Shown here piece by piece: positions 1 to 8,760 of a stretch of 64,000 nt of DNA. Source of the DNA: a virus; IMG/VR virus record IMGVR_UViG_3300046513_000134, positions 36,507-100,506 of that record. One strand, written 5' to 3'. How positions within the stretch are numbered: position 1 is the stretch's first letter; the number at the start of each line of letters is the position of its first letter. The position numbers and the translations under genes are program-made. The notes below the pieces were generated by a model, which had not been told where the DNA came from, made no database searches, and saw only the letters and a program-made list of their open reading frames with translations.

Positions 1-300
1 GGTCTTCTGATCACTGAGGATGAAGCGCTCTATCTCGTAGGTCGCCCCGCCTTGGACGAGATTGTCGGTCAAAGCCGCCGTCTCGGCTGCTGTCAGGGTG
101 ACCGTGGCTTCACCATTGGCCGGATCAATATCCCATCCTGAAACGTCGCTGTCCTTGGTGATCGGGCTGTCCGCGCGGATGGTAAGGACAAGCCTAGAGC
201 CCGTCAGATCAAACGGCGACCCGTCCGCGTTCTTGAAGCGAAAGCCAAAAGCTTCGGTGTTGCCTTTCCAGACGGATAGGGTCTTCTTCACGGGGGCCAT
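1..300 (-). CDS. BppU-like/virion accessory beta-sandwich protein (runs off the left edge)
   Basis: Not in the ORF track. Manual translation from ATG at 300: MAPVKKTLSVWKGNTEAFGFRFKNADGSPFDLTGSRLVLTIR...GEATVTLTAAET...YEIE, which has the 'DG.P.DLTG' pattern of baseplate-upper N-terminal-like domains. Confidence 0.6.
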   Translation of the reverse strand, partial: MAPVKKTLSVWKGNTEAFGFRFKNADGSPFDLTGSRLVLTIRADSPITKDSDVSGWDIDPANGEATVTLTAAETAALTDNLVQGGATYEIERFILSDQKT

Positions 301-319
301 GAGGGGTGCCTTCGATCGG

Positions 320-333
320 TGCAATTCGTTGCA
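320..333. repeat. TGCAA-N4-TTGCA site
   Basis: TGCAATTCGTTGCA, at promoter +1. Confidence 0.9.
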
Positions 334-337
334 CGCA

Positions 338-366
338 GCCTTACGGCCCCCGCTTTTTTGGTCAAG
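338..366 (-). promoter_or_regulatory. sigma70-like promoter
   Basis: CTTGAC(366-361)-N17-TAAGGC(343-338); a palindrome copy sits at the predicted +1. Confidence 0.45.
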
Positions 367-387
367 CCCCCGTGGTTCGCTAGCGGA

Positions 388-2013
388 TCAGGTGTTCGCC
401 GTGATCCACGCGATCATCGGGTTGTCCAGATGCGGCTGCCCACCCTTGCCGCCACCGGCTACGCGAGGGTGGGTCCCGTCGTCAGACATGTAGCCGACAC
501 CCGGAAGCGCCCAGTAGGTATCCCCGATCGCCTGTGCGTTGGTGAAGGCAGCGGTGACCGTCAGGTCGCCTGCGGTGTTGGTCGAACCCGCCTTGGTCGC
601 GCCGATGTTGGCCCCGGTCAAAGGCTGCAGGACGCCGTTGGCGAAGGTGCTGTTGCCGGCGTTGTAGTTGGAAGTGAAGCGCGAGGTCGAGACCACCGAG
701 GCGACGGTGATAAGCTGGGCTGCAGGCAGCAGGCTATCCTCGCCGGCTACCAGCCAGCGGCCGCTGTCACGCGACGGTTCGCAGGCATCCGCCCATTCGA
801 CATAGCCATCGAACACGCCGCCACGTACCCATGCGTTGAACAGGCCACGGGCCGAAGATCCCCCGGCTGCGAAGGAGGCGCTGAATGCAGTCATCAGCCC
901 GGCGACCAGTGTCGGTTTCCAAGCGGTGACGGTAATCGTCCCGGTGGCGGTAGGCGAGGCCGAGCCGGCGAACAGCAGGGTGATGGTGTTGCTGCCGGTG
1001 TTGATGGCGGTGCAGAACTTGGTACCGTTGTATTCGGTTTCGACGGCCCCGGCGACCGAGTAGAATTGGTTGACCGTGAACTTCGTCGCATCGGGCACCG
1101 TCATGGTGATCAGGGTTCCCGACGATGTGGTCGAGGACGCGGTGATGACCGTGGCGGAAGACGCAGTTCGCGGCAGCATGGTGATGTGGGCGTAGCGCAT
1201 ACCTGCCGTGCGGACCATGTCACGCGCCGTGGTCAGGTAGCCCTGCAGGGTGGAGAGGGTGACTGCCCCGCCAAAGTCGTTGGTGCCGAAGTTGGTCATA
1301 ACCCAATCGACGCCGAGCAGGGCGCAGAGCGCCACTTGCTTGGTGAAGTTGGCCCCGGCGCTTGCCATGTAGGTGGTGGCCGTGGTGCCGGTGATCGAGT
1401 TGAGGTAGGCAGGGCAGCGACCGGTGGCGGCGGTGATCAGCGAGCCGCCGTTGTTGGTCATGATGCTGTCGCCAAAGCCGCCGATCGCCTTCTTCAGCAG
1501 CGTCGATTTGGCGTAGGTGCGCAGCCCGGCGAAGCCGAGGTTGAGGATGTATGTGGCGGCGTTGGCAACGGTCGAGGCAGCGTTGACCTTGAAGGTTGCG
1601 CCGGCCGGGATCGGGGTCGAGAGGGTGATGTCGGAGGTAGCGACGTTGCCACCTGCGGTGACAGTGACCGCATAGGTGCCGACCTGTGTGCCGACCGGGT
1701 ATTCGATCGAGCCGGTGACGTCATAGGAGGCCGAGGCGTCGGTGGTGCCAGTGGTCCGCAGGGTCCAGCCTTGGAACACCACGGAGGCAATCGAGATCGC
1801 TGCCCCGGACAGGTTGACGAAGTTGGCTCCGTAGGTCTTGGAGGTGCCGTCCCCGGTCAGAGGTGCCGCTCCGCTGTTGTAGCCTGCCCCGTAAAGGGTG
1901 TGGGCCAGCCGGCGAACAAACCGGGGAGAGCCGCCGAGGAGAGGGTGGCCGATGAAGCTGACGCCACCCTGTGTCAGGACATTTCCGGGAATGTCGCCCC
2001 GAACCCGCACCAT
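388..2013 (-). CDS. SGNH/GDSL-hydrolase-domain tailspike or virion esterase
   Basis: Blocks GDS (GGFGDSIM), GxND (FGTND) and DxxH (DGTHP) with Thr/Gly-rich beta inserts. Probable start ATG 2013; the upstream part of the 626-aa ORF shadows the previous gene. Confidence 0.75.
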   Translation of the reverse strand: MVRVRGDIPGNVLTQGGVSFIGHPLLGGSPRFVRRLAHTLYGAGYNSGAAPLTGDGTSKTYGANFVNLSGAAISIASVVFQGWTLRTTGTTDASASYDVTGSIEYPVGTQVGTYAVTVTAGGNVATSDITLSTPIPAGATFKVNAASTVANAATYILNLGFAGLRTYAKSTLLKKAIGGFGDSIMTNNGGSLITAATGRCPAYLNSITGTTATTYMASAGANFTKQVALCALLGVDWVMTNFGTNDFGGAVTLSTLQGYLTTARDMVRTAGMRYAHITMLPRTASSATVITASSTTSSGTLITMTVPDATKFTVNQFYSVAGAVETEYNGTKFCTAINTGSNTITLLFAGSASPTATGTITVTAWKPTLVAGLMTAFSASFAAGGSSARGLFNAWVRGGVFDGYVEWADACEPSRDSGRWLVAGEDSLLPAAQLITVASVVSTSRFTSNYNAGNSTFANGVLQPLTGANIGATKAGSTNTAGDLTVTAAFTNAQAIGDTYWALPGVGYMSDDGTHPRVAGGGKGGQPHLDNPMIAWITANT

Positions 2014-2018
2014 CTGGA

Positions 2019-2309
2019 TTAAGCCGGGTTGTAGGCAGTGAGGTTGCCGGTGATGACCTGCTGGACGTTGTTGACCTTGACGTTGGCCTTGATCTTCGCC
2101 CAGACCTGCGCGCCCGATGGGATGTTGGTGAACGGGAAGCTGTCGCCGGAGGCCAGCTCGATGGTGCCGACGATGTTGGCCGAGGTGTCCGCAACGCCGA
2201 GAATGACGACGTTGGTGGTCGAGTTCAGGATCGTGGAGTTGACCACGCTCGACGCGACCGAGACCCAAGTAGCAGCATTGATGGTGGGATTGGTAACGAA
2301 GTTTGACAT
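2019..2309 (-). CDS. small beta-rich hypothetical (possibly virion) protein
   Basis: MSNFVTNPTINAATW...; SD GAGGGA before ATG 2309. Confidence 0.7.
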   Translation of the reverse strand: MSNFVTNPTINAATWVSVASSVVNSTILNSTTNVVILGVADTSANIVGTIELASGDSFPFTNIPSGAQVWAKIKANVKVNNVQQVITGNLTAYNPA

Positions 2310-2312
2310 GGT

Positions 2313-2377
2313 GAAGTCCCTCGAACTATGACCGTTAGCTGTGAGGGACGGTATAGCCGAGGGACTTCCAGTGTCAA
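2313..2377 (-). promoter_or_regulatory. promoter overlapping an SD-sequestering hairpin
   Basis: TTGACA(2377-2372)-N16-TATACC; perfect 11-bp inverted repeat 2313-2323/2358-2368 plus inner pairing; the 3' arm contains the SD. Confidence 0.6.
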
Positions 2378-2419
2378 CGCAAGTGGGCTGCGGCGGGCAC
2401 CGCCTGCGTTGCCGCTGTG

Positions 2420-2433
2420 TGCAACATGTTGCA
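2420..2433. repeat. TGCAA-N4-TTGCA site
   Basis: TGCAACATGTTGCA, intergenic. Confidence 0.9.
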
Positions 2434-2437
2434 CCGA

Positions 2438-2629
2438 TTATTCCGGGCGCAGGACGGTGTCGAGGGCTGAAACAATGCGGTTGCGGACCTCGCGATGCAA
2501 GATGTCCCGACTGGTATGGCATGACTGGTGGGCGGCGATCATTGAGGCGGCGATGGCCTTGATGGTGTTTTCTGCGATGGCGGCGACATGATGCTCAATC
2601 GCGCCCAGATTGACAGGTGCGTCTTCCAT
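2438..2629 (-). CDS. hypothetical protein
   Basis: 63-aa ORF with AAGAGGG SD, collinear with its neighbours. Confidence 0.55.
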   Translation of the reverse strand: MEDAPVNLGAIEHHVAAIAENTIKAIAASMIAAHQSCHTSRDILHREVRNRIVSALDTVLRPE

Positions 2630-2679
2630 GACTTTACCCCTCTTAAAGTTCGGGAGGCTCGATGGCCCCCCGTTGCAAA

Positions 2680-2865
2680 TCAGATCATCCGTACATCGAC
2701 CGGGCGCTGCAGATCGTCAAGCACCTCCAAGGCGGACTTAACAGCTTTGATCCGATTGCTGATCTCGATAGCCTCCACCGAAGATGGATACAGGTGGTTC
2801 TTGCGTACCTGAAGAGTGTGAAGGCGATGTGTCAGAGCATGGTGCTCGTTGGAGATGTTCAGCAT
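2680..2865 (-). CDS. hypothetical helical protein
   Basis: MLNISNEHH...; SD AAGGGA. Confidence 0.55.
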   Translation of the reverse strand: MLNISNEHHALTHRLHTLQVRKNHLYPSSVEAIEISNRIKAVKSALEVLDDLQRPVDVRMI

Positions 2866-3002
2866 GATTATCGTTCCCTTAGTTTTTAGACCGGTGCCCA
2901 ACGCGTGACATGGCGATTAGTTCCGTAGTCCGATCAACTCCTTCGATCTGGGTCTATAGTCCCATGGGAGCCACTATTCCGCAAGGGGTAATCCAGCGAA
3001 AG

Positions 3003-3662
3003 TTATAGGGCTCCGCGTTCAACCACGAAGCGACGAAACTGTAGTTTTGGGTCATAACGGTCCCAAACTTTCGCCCATACCGCGTATTCCGGGAAGTCTG
3101 GGTCCTTCAGCACGAGTTGCTTCTCGAATGTGACCACCGAAGGAGGTACGCCCACCAGATGGCATACCGTGGTAGCGTAAGGCATGACGGCCAGCGTTTC
3201 CATGATGTGGGTGCGGATCGGCTGGAACTGCTTGGCCACATCTACCGCAAACTCCTCCTTGAACGTGGGGTCGGTGTGTATATGATTGGTAACGTAGCCC
3301 CAGATCGTCTCGTACTGCTTCCAGTCGATGTTGACGCTGTAGCTCATCAGGTCAGGAGCGAGGCGTTCGACGTAGAACTTCGTGTTGAGGGCCTGCACCC
3401 AGATCGTCCAGCACCCCTTGGTATATTCCCATTGGTACACCAGCTTGAAGTAGTTGGACGGCGTCGTGGGTGAGACCGTGGCTGTCTTCAGCCCCGACAG
3501 CTCACTCTGCCATGAAAAGTTGGAGTTGTACCCTTCGATGGCCCGCTTCAGGATCGTTTGACGCTGCTTCAGATAGCACGTGGCAACGGCCGTCAGGAAC
3601 TTTTTGTTGTAGCCGGAAACCTCTGGCCCCGGGGGTATCCCGCCGAGATCGAGTTCGGCCAT
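3003..3662 (-). CDS. hypothetical protein
   Basis: Start MAELDLGG at 3662, coupled to the upstream stop (TGATG). Confidence 0.65.
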   Translation of the reverse strand: MAELDLGGIPPGPEVSGYNKKFLTAVATCYLKQRQTILKRAIEGYNSNFSWQSELSGLKTATVSPTTPSNYFKLVYQWEYTKGCWTIWVQALNTKFYVERLAPDLMSYSVNIDWKQYETIWGYVTNHIHTDPTFKEEFAVDVAKQFQPIRTHIMETLAVMPYATTVCHLVGVPPSVVTFEKQLVLKDPDFPEYAVWAKVWDRYDPKLQFRRFVVERGAL

Positions 3663-4225
3663 CAGCTCTTCTCCCCGCGCTTCAACCGCTCCATGCGACC
3701 GAGGTAATCTTCGTCGTCTTCGAGGTGCTTCCAGCCGGCGACGTAGCGCAGATCGACGTCCGGGTGGTTGGGGATACCCGGCGTGTTGATGACGAACGAG
3801 TTCCGCACGCCGTCCCAATAGGTGATGATGGTGTGGCCAAGCCCAGTCAGCAGCAGGAAGCGTCGCAGGTGCTGCGGTGGGAAGCGATCGATCGAGAACC
3901 ATGTCTCGTAGCGGGTGACGCGGTAGAACGGCGTCCCCTCGTCGGCCCCGTCAGGGGTGGTGTAGAGCCAGTGGTCGCGCAGGATGGTGCCTTCCTGCTG
4001 TTCCTCGGGCGGCAGCACCGCAGCCGGTTGCACGGTGATGATCGGGAAGTTGATGCCCCGCTTGACCGAGTAGCGGATCGGCTCCAGCATCCCCCACGTC
4101 CTGAGACCGAGGGTCAGGCCTGCAGCCCCTAGAGCCAGCCCATATTGACCGGTGACGGCCGCGATGCCGACGACTGATCCTGTGAGTACCATCCCGGCTT
4201 TGATAAGTGTTTTTTCTGAGAACAT
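3662..4225 (-). CDS. membrane-anchored hypothetical protein
   Basis: Two N-terminal hydrophobic segments followed by a soluble domain. Confidence 0.65.
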   Translation of the reverse strand: MFSEKTLIKAGMVLTGSVVGIAAVTGQYGLALGAAGLTLGLRTWGMLEPIRYSVKRGINFPIITVQPAAVLPPEEQQEGTILRDHWLYTTPDGADEGTPFYRVTRYETWFSIDRFPPQHLRRFLLLTGLGHTIITYWDGVRNSFVINTPGIPNHPDVDLRYVAGWKHLEDDEDYLGRMERLKRGEKS

Positions 4226-4671
4226 GCCTTCAGCCCTAATTCGATGATTTCTTCCAAACTTAACCCGGTGTCGCGGACCCGCGCAAACAGTTTAGCGTCG
4301 ATGCTGGTCTTGACGTTCTTCGAGATGCGGCCGGGGGCCTCCCGCTTGGTGAAAGCGATCAGGTAGTCCCGTGCAATTTGTTGCAGATCGGCCGGGGTGA
4401 TCTCCGCACCCGGCAGGGTGACCAATTCGAGCAAGGTCTCCTTGTGCATGTGGCTGTGGTATTGCAGCCCGAGTTTCTTCGCCGTGACGTCGGTCGGGGT
4501 GACGTTGTAGAACCGCCGCAGGGGCGCGCTCCAGTACGAGTTCCTGATCCTGATCAACGGACCTTTGTTCACGGCCTCCAGTACCCGGTACTCAGGCTTG
4601 GTGCGCCCATCCTTGTACCTCGGGTAGACCTTGCCGTTGCGCTTGCGCATGGGGACGACGGTGGCTGACAT
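4129..4671 (-). CDS. putative DNA-binding protein with C-terminal ribbon-helix-helix-like segment
   Basis: Basic N-terminus; KNVKTSIDAKLFARVRDTGLSLEEIIELGLK resembles CopG/CcdA RHH. Confidence 0.5.
   Translation of the reverse strand: MSATVVPMRKRNGKVYPRYKDGRTKPEYRVLEAVNKGPLIRIRNSYWSAPLRRFYNVTPTDVTAKKLGLQYHSHMHKETLLELVTLPGAEITPADLQQIARDYLIAFTKREAPGRISKNVKTSIDAKLFARVRDTGLSLEEIIELGLKACSQKKHLSKPGWYSQDQSSASRPSPVNMGWL
4372..4385. repeat. TGCAA-N4-TTGCA site
   Basis: TGCAATTTGTTGCA, intragenic. Confidence 0.9.
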
Positions 4672-4737
4672 GCATACTCCTAATGCAAAGACCACCCCTA
4701 GCTGGGACTAGGGATGGCTGGCAAGCATATACTATTT

Positions 4738-5103
4738 TCAGTGGGCGTTTTCGCTGACCGTGCCGTTCGGGCCATGCTTGGTCGGGCCGGCCTTTAGGAA
4801 CTTCGGCATGTCGCTGAGATCCATTTCGATCGCGCTGGTGATCTCGCTGTCGATCTGCTTCTCCAGCTCGGGGATCAGCGGTGCTTCGAGGTCGATGGTG
4901 CCCTTGACCGGCGCGACATTGGCCGCATCGAGCGTGGCCTTGGCGGCCCGGAGCGATTGCAGTTTCAGCAGCAAGGACGCCTGCGTCGCATAGTCCTCGG
5001 TGTCTTTGCTGATGTGCTGCTGCAGCGCTTCCTTGACCCGCTGGTACGCTCGGTCGTTGACGAGACGGGCAAAGTTCAGGCTGGCAGTATTCGTCTGTGT
5101 CAT
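4738..5103 (-). CDS. hypothetical coiled-coil protein
   Basis: 121-aa ORF with ATGA overlap to the upstream gene. Confidence 0.65.
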   Translation of the reverse strand: MTQTNTASLNFARLVNDRAYQRVKEALQQHISKDTEDYATQASLLLKLQSLRAAKATLDAANVAPVKGTIDLEAPLIPELEKQIDSEITSAIEMDLSDMPKFLKAGPTKHGPNGTVSENAH

Positions 5104-5447
5104 GCTTCTTCTCCGCGACGGCTGAGTTGATTGTATCCGGCCAAGGTCGTCGCACCAATGACAGGAAACAGGTGGGGCAGTCTGCTTGGGTCCATTACCT
5201 CGTGGGGACGGAACAAGCTACCTTCAATCGTGATCGGGCGGGGAGTGTTGATCGTGTACCGGATGCCGTAGACGTGACCCGACCGATCGGCCAGATACTT
5301 CTTTTCGGCCCAGCCGAGATCGACCAGATGGCCCATGGCGTATCGCTCTTGCGAACCGCCGTAACTGAGAGACGCGAAGTCTAAAATCAATTCTGGTTCT
5401 TCCAGCATTTCGCGTCTGATTTGTGCAAGCACTTCATCTCTGACCAT
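5100..5447 (-). CDS. hypothetical protein (possible winged-helix)
   Basis: ...AMGHLVDLGWAEKK...GIRYTI wing-like pattern; first gene after a promoter. Confidence 0.5.
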   Translation of the reverse strand: MVRDEVLAQIRREMLEEPELILDFASLSYGGSQERYAMGHLVDLGWAEKKYLADRSGHVYGIRYTINTPRPITIEGSLFRPHEVMDPSRLPHLFPVIGATTLAGYNQLSRRGEEA

Positions 5448-5500
5448 CTTCGATCTCCATGACGCACACTCCTTGTTCGCTCATGATTATCAGTATGTAG

Positions 5501-5529
5501 ATGGTAGGTTGTAGACAACTCGGTGTCAA
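5501..5529 (-). promoter_or_regulatory. sigma70 promoter
   Basis: TTGACA-N17-TACCAT. Confidence 0.7.
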
Positions 5530-5533
5530 ATAT

Positions 5534-5593
5534 AAAAAAACGCCTCCGTCCCGTTGGCTCACTCGACACAAGGTCAGGTGCGGGAGGAGGCGT
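5534..5593 (-). terminator. rho-independent terminator
   Basis: ACGCCTCC...GGAGGCGT long hairpin followed by a T-run. Confidence 0.7.
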
Positions 5594-5651
5594 CTTTGGT
5601 CCCCGAAAGGAACAGTCTGGGTATAACGGGTCAGCTAAGTCCCGTCAACCC

Positions 5652-6848
5652 TCAAGCAGCTTCGTCTTCGTCCTCACCGACAGAGATGTTGATGGTCTCT
5701 TCGGGGAAGGCGTCGATCAGGGCCTGTGCCGCTTCCTGCAGGCCGAGGGTGGCCAACTGGTCCTTGAGCGGCGCTGGCTTGGTGGTCTGGCCCTTCTTGC
5801 CGGTTGCGCCGGAGTTGAAGGCGACGCAGATGAACTCAAGCGCCACGGTGTTGACGTCGGTCTTGGCTTCCGCCTTGGCCTTGTCGAGTGCCGCCTGAAT
5901 GTTCTCCTTCTGGTCGCTATGTACCTTGAAGGCCATAGTGCTGATGACCTCGGAAGGCGGTGCCGAAAGCTGGGCAGTGACGTCTTCCTTGCCGGCAGCC
6001 TTGTAGGACTTGACCAGATTGATCAGATTGTCGATGCCGTTCTCGTTGGCCGTCTTGACCCAGCTCTCGACGTTGTCCGGGTTGATGACAGAGGCGATTT
6101 CCTTGAGCTTCGACCACTTGACCGAGGATACGTCCGAATACGGGACGCCGGAAGCGACGAGGTCCTTGTAAATCGCGATCTGGTACATCGCCTTGCGGTA
6201 GCCGAAGCTGTGGCGGTCTTCGATGAATTCGCGGAACGTCGAGAAGCCCTGATCCTTGTACCATTCCTCTTCCTGAATGCGGGAAAGCACCGCGCCCAGT
6301 TTGAACAGGGTCAGTTCGGACTGATCGACCAGCTTGTCAACGAGGTCGAGGGCGTCCTTCTGCTTCAGGTTCTCGATTTCCGAGACCGTGGTCGAGAACT
6401 CATCGGCCGAAAGGACGTCGCCGTGCAGGATGTGGGTGGTGGCGACCGCCGTGGACTTCTTGCTAACCTTGCCCTTGGACTTGGTGGCCGGCTCCTGCGG
6501 CAGTTCCTGCTCGACCTGTGCGACCGGGGCTTCTTCAACCGGGGCTGCGGCAGTTTCCGTGCCTTCGGTCTCGTCCTCTTCGCTGCCGAAGTTAGCCTTC
6601 AGCCAATCGACCTTCTGGTCCTTCTTCCACTTCTTCCACTCAGCCGGGGTCTCGATCCCCAACTCAGTGACAGTCTCATCGAGCTGCTTGGCCGTCATGT
6701 TCTCGATATCGAGGTTGACTTCCTCGGCGGCATCTTCGCTCGCCGCTTCCTCAACCGGTGCTGCCTCTACAGGCTCAGCAGGGGCGGCTGCTAGTTCGTC
6801 TGCCAGCGTCTTCTTCGACGCGGACTTCAAGGATGATAGTGCTGACAT
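5652..6848 (-). CDS. acidic protein with putative DNA-binding helical domain and RHH-like C-terminus
   Basis: Acidic low-complexity N-terminus; LGAVLSRIQEEEWYKDQGFSTFREFIEDRHSFGYRKAMY (DUF3102-like); C-terminal STMAFKV...ALEFIC. Confidence 0.55.
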   Translation of the reverse strand: MSALSSLKSASKKTLADELAAAPAEPVEAAPVEEAASEDAAEEVNLDIENMTAKQLDETVTELGIETPAEWKKWKKDQKVDWLKANFGSEEDETEGTETAAAPVEEAPVAQVEQELPQEPATKSKGKVSKKSTAVATTHILHGDVLSADEFSTTVSEIENLKQKDALDLVDKLVDQSELTLFKLGAVLSRIQEEEWYKDQGFSTFREFIEDRHSFGYRKAMYQIAIYKDLVASGVPYSDVSSVKWSKLKEIASVINPDNVESWVKTANENGIDNLINLVKSYKAAGKEDVTAQLSAPPSEVISTMAFKVHSDQKENIQAALDKAKAEAKTDVNTVALEFICVAFNSGATGKKGQTTKPAPLKDQLATLGLQEAAQALIDAFPEETINISVGEDEDEAA

Positions 6849-6898
6849 GGTATGTTTACCCTCCGTGGTAACGCCCCATCGGTATCGGGGTCGAGTTT

Positions 6899-6927
6899 AG
6901 TGTATTTTCTAGTGCAACATATTTCAA
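6899..6927 (-). promoter_or_regulatory. sigma70 promoter with a palindrome overlapping -35
   Basis: TTGAAA-N17-TACACT; near-perfect palindrome at 6913-6926. Confidence 0.65.
6913..6926. repeat. near-perfect TGCAA-N4-TTGCA site
   Basis: TGCAACATATTTCA, overlaps -35. Confidence 0.7.
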
Positions 6928-6939
6928 TAGTGAGGCCGA

Positions 6940-7509
6940 CTAATTCAGTTTTAATTGACCGGCGATCTCCCTCTGCTTGGCAGCCAGACCGTTGAGCGCG
7001 TGCAGGGAGCAAAGCCCCACCAAACTCAGGAAGAAGGCGTCGGCCATGTCGTCTGTCTTTGCCTCGTAGCCCATGTCGCCAGCCGCTTGGACCATGCCTT
7101 CTTTTTTGGCCCCGCCGTTGCCGGTGGCGAAAATCTTCAGTTCTGCCGGGGTCGGTTCGACCCATGAATAGCCAGCCTTGCGGATCAGGTAGCGCAGCAC
7201 CCCGCCGAGGGTGACCAGCGGCACCAGCGCCGTCTTGTTCTTCAGGTTGAGGCCGTAATATTCGATGGCGATGATATCCGGCTTGTGGAAGTCGATGAAG
7301 GCGAGCGTCGTGTCCCACATGATGTGCTGGCGTTCAACGAGGGACAGCGTCGTCTTGGGCTTGACCAGCGTGTCCGCGATCAGTTCCGCTCCGGTGGATA
7401 GACTGCCGCTGAGCAGCACGAGGCCAGTGGATTTGGTGGACGGGTCGATGCCAAGGCAGGTCTTCGGCGCGTCGAGGCGCTTCTGCGTGGATAAGTTCAG
7501 CTTCGCCAT
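6940..7509 (-). CDS. ruvC: RuvC-family Holliday junction resolvase
   Basis: LGIDPS, IAIE, LKIFATGNGGAKKE, DDMADA. Confidence 0.9.
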   Translation of the reverse strand: MAKLNLSTQKRLDAPKTCLGIDPSTKSTGLVLLSGSLSTGAELIADTLVKPKTTLSLVERQHIMWDTTLAFIDFHKPDIIAIEYYGLNLKNKTALVPLVTLGGVLRYLIRKAGYSWVEPTPAELKIFATGNGGAKKEGMVQAAGDMGYEAKTDDMADAFFLSLVGLCSLHALNGLAAKQREIAGQLKLN

Positions 7510-8417
7510 TATTTCTTGTCCCAGTGATGGACTGCGGGGAAGTCGCCGCTAAAGCACGCCTTGCTTCGTGGGCAGGTCTTGGCTCTTGTATCGAATGCCG
7601 TGTCACAAAGTCCAGAGGGCATTCCATGTTTTCCATTGCGAAAATCGAAGGCGACCTTGGCCCGGGCAGCCATCTCGTTGGTGGCCTTGTCGTCGCGGGT
7701 GACCTCGAATTCCTTGAACGGCGAGAAGTATTCGCCCATCCCCCACTGTCGCACCTCCATGTCGGAGACGCCATAGCCCCCTTTGGTGGTGTAGAGGATG
7801 CGGGCCTTCTTCGGGTTGACCTGCTTGGCGATCGGGTCGGTGCTCTCGCTGACGATGCGCAGGTAGAAGTTGGTGCGCAGCCGATGTTCGGCCAGCGGGG
7901 CGACCAGTTTCTTGAACTCGGTCGGGTCGATGGTCTTGATCTCCACGATCTCCCACGCGCCTTCGAACCATGCCAGCATGTCGGTGCCGCAGCTTGCGCC
8001 GTTCTTGGCCGAGACGAAGCGTGGTTCCTTCGGGGTGAACGAGGTGCAGCCGCATTGCCCGCATTCCGGGGGTCTACGCCCGTACTTGTAGAGCAGCCGG
8101 CAGTTGCCGTTGTCGCACACCCAGTTGGAGATGCCGATGCCGATCTCCGAGAAATACTCGACCAGCTTGTCCTGCCACAGTCGGCCGATCTCCCACGTGG
8201 CGTTCTCCGAGGTGGTGGTGGACCTGTCCGGGAGCGTACCTTCGACCAGTGAGTTGATCGCATAAAAACGAGGGCAAATGCCCCCTTCCTTGGTCAGTTC
8301 CGAGGCGTGCACCGTATCGGTCCCACGGTGCGTGTCCATGGTCGAGAGGTGTTGGTGCAACCTATATTTTAGGCTGGTCTTCGGGACGACGTCCGAGAGC
8401 TTCTTAAGGAAGGTCAT
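7509..8417 (-). CDS. Cas4/RecB-like PD-(D/E)XK exonuclease with Cys clusters
   Basis: HASEL...CPR, D...EIKT, C-terminal C-x9-C-x5-C, plus an internal zinc ribbon. Confidence 0.75.
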   Translation of the reverse strand: MTFLKKLSDVVPKTSLKYRLHQHLSTMDTHRGTDTVHASELTKEGGICPRFYAINSLVEGTLPDRSTTTSENATWEIGRLWQDKLVEYFSEIGIGISNWVCDNGNCRLLYKYGRRPPECGQCGCTSFTPKEPRFVSAKNGASCGTDMLAWFEGAWEIVEIKTIDPTEFKKLVAPLAEHRLRTNFYLRIVSESTDPIAKQVNPKKARILYTTKGGYGVSDMEVRQWGMGEYFSPFKEFEVTRDDKATNEMAARAKVAFDFRNGKHGMPSGLCDTAFDTRAKTCPRSKACFSGDFPAVHHWDKK

Positions 8418-8760
8418 CAACAATTTCTTTCATCAGAGCCATCGGCACGAGGCACCAGTCACCGTTCGGGATCGAGTGGCCGCTTTCGGTGGTGAAGCTG
8501 ATTGACAGGATGGGGCGCTTGTTGGTGAACAGCGCCTCTTTGCTGATCTTGGCCAGCCAGTCGAACTTCAGTCCGAGGCTGTCGTTCTTGGTGCTCTTGT
8601 GTTCAAAGAGAAAATCCTTGACCCGGAAGTCCCCTTTCATCCCCTCAATTGCACCGGAGGCGGGGGTTTGTTGTCCCCCGAAGGATTTCGTCGTCCTCTT
8701 CTCAGAAACGCGTCCTGCGCGCCCTGATCCCCCCTGTCGTCGTTTCTCAAAGATATTCAT
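8404..8760 (-). CDS. PD-(D/E)XK resolvase-like endonuclease
   Basis: SE, TPASGA, KGD, FEHKST. Confidence 0.7.
   Translation of the reverse strand: MNIFEKRRQGGSGRAGRVSEKRTTKSFGGQQTPASGAIEGMKGDFRVKDFLFEHKSTKNDSLGLKFDWLAKISKEALFTNKRPILSISFTTESGHSIPNGDWCLVPMALMKEIVDDLP

Noticed and set aside
2014-2268. N-terminal 85 aa of the 626-aa ORF
   Set aside because: Arg/His/Gln-rich off-frame translation of the 96-aa gene.
7509-8417. Cas4-like nuclease as evidence of CRISPR
   Set aside because: No repeat-spacer array or other cas genes; it sits in a recombination cluster.
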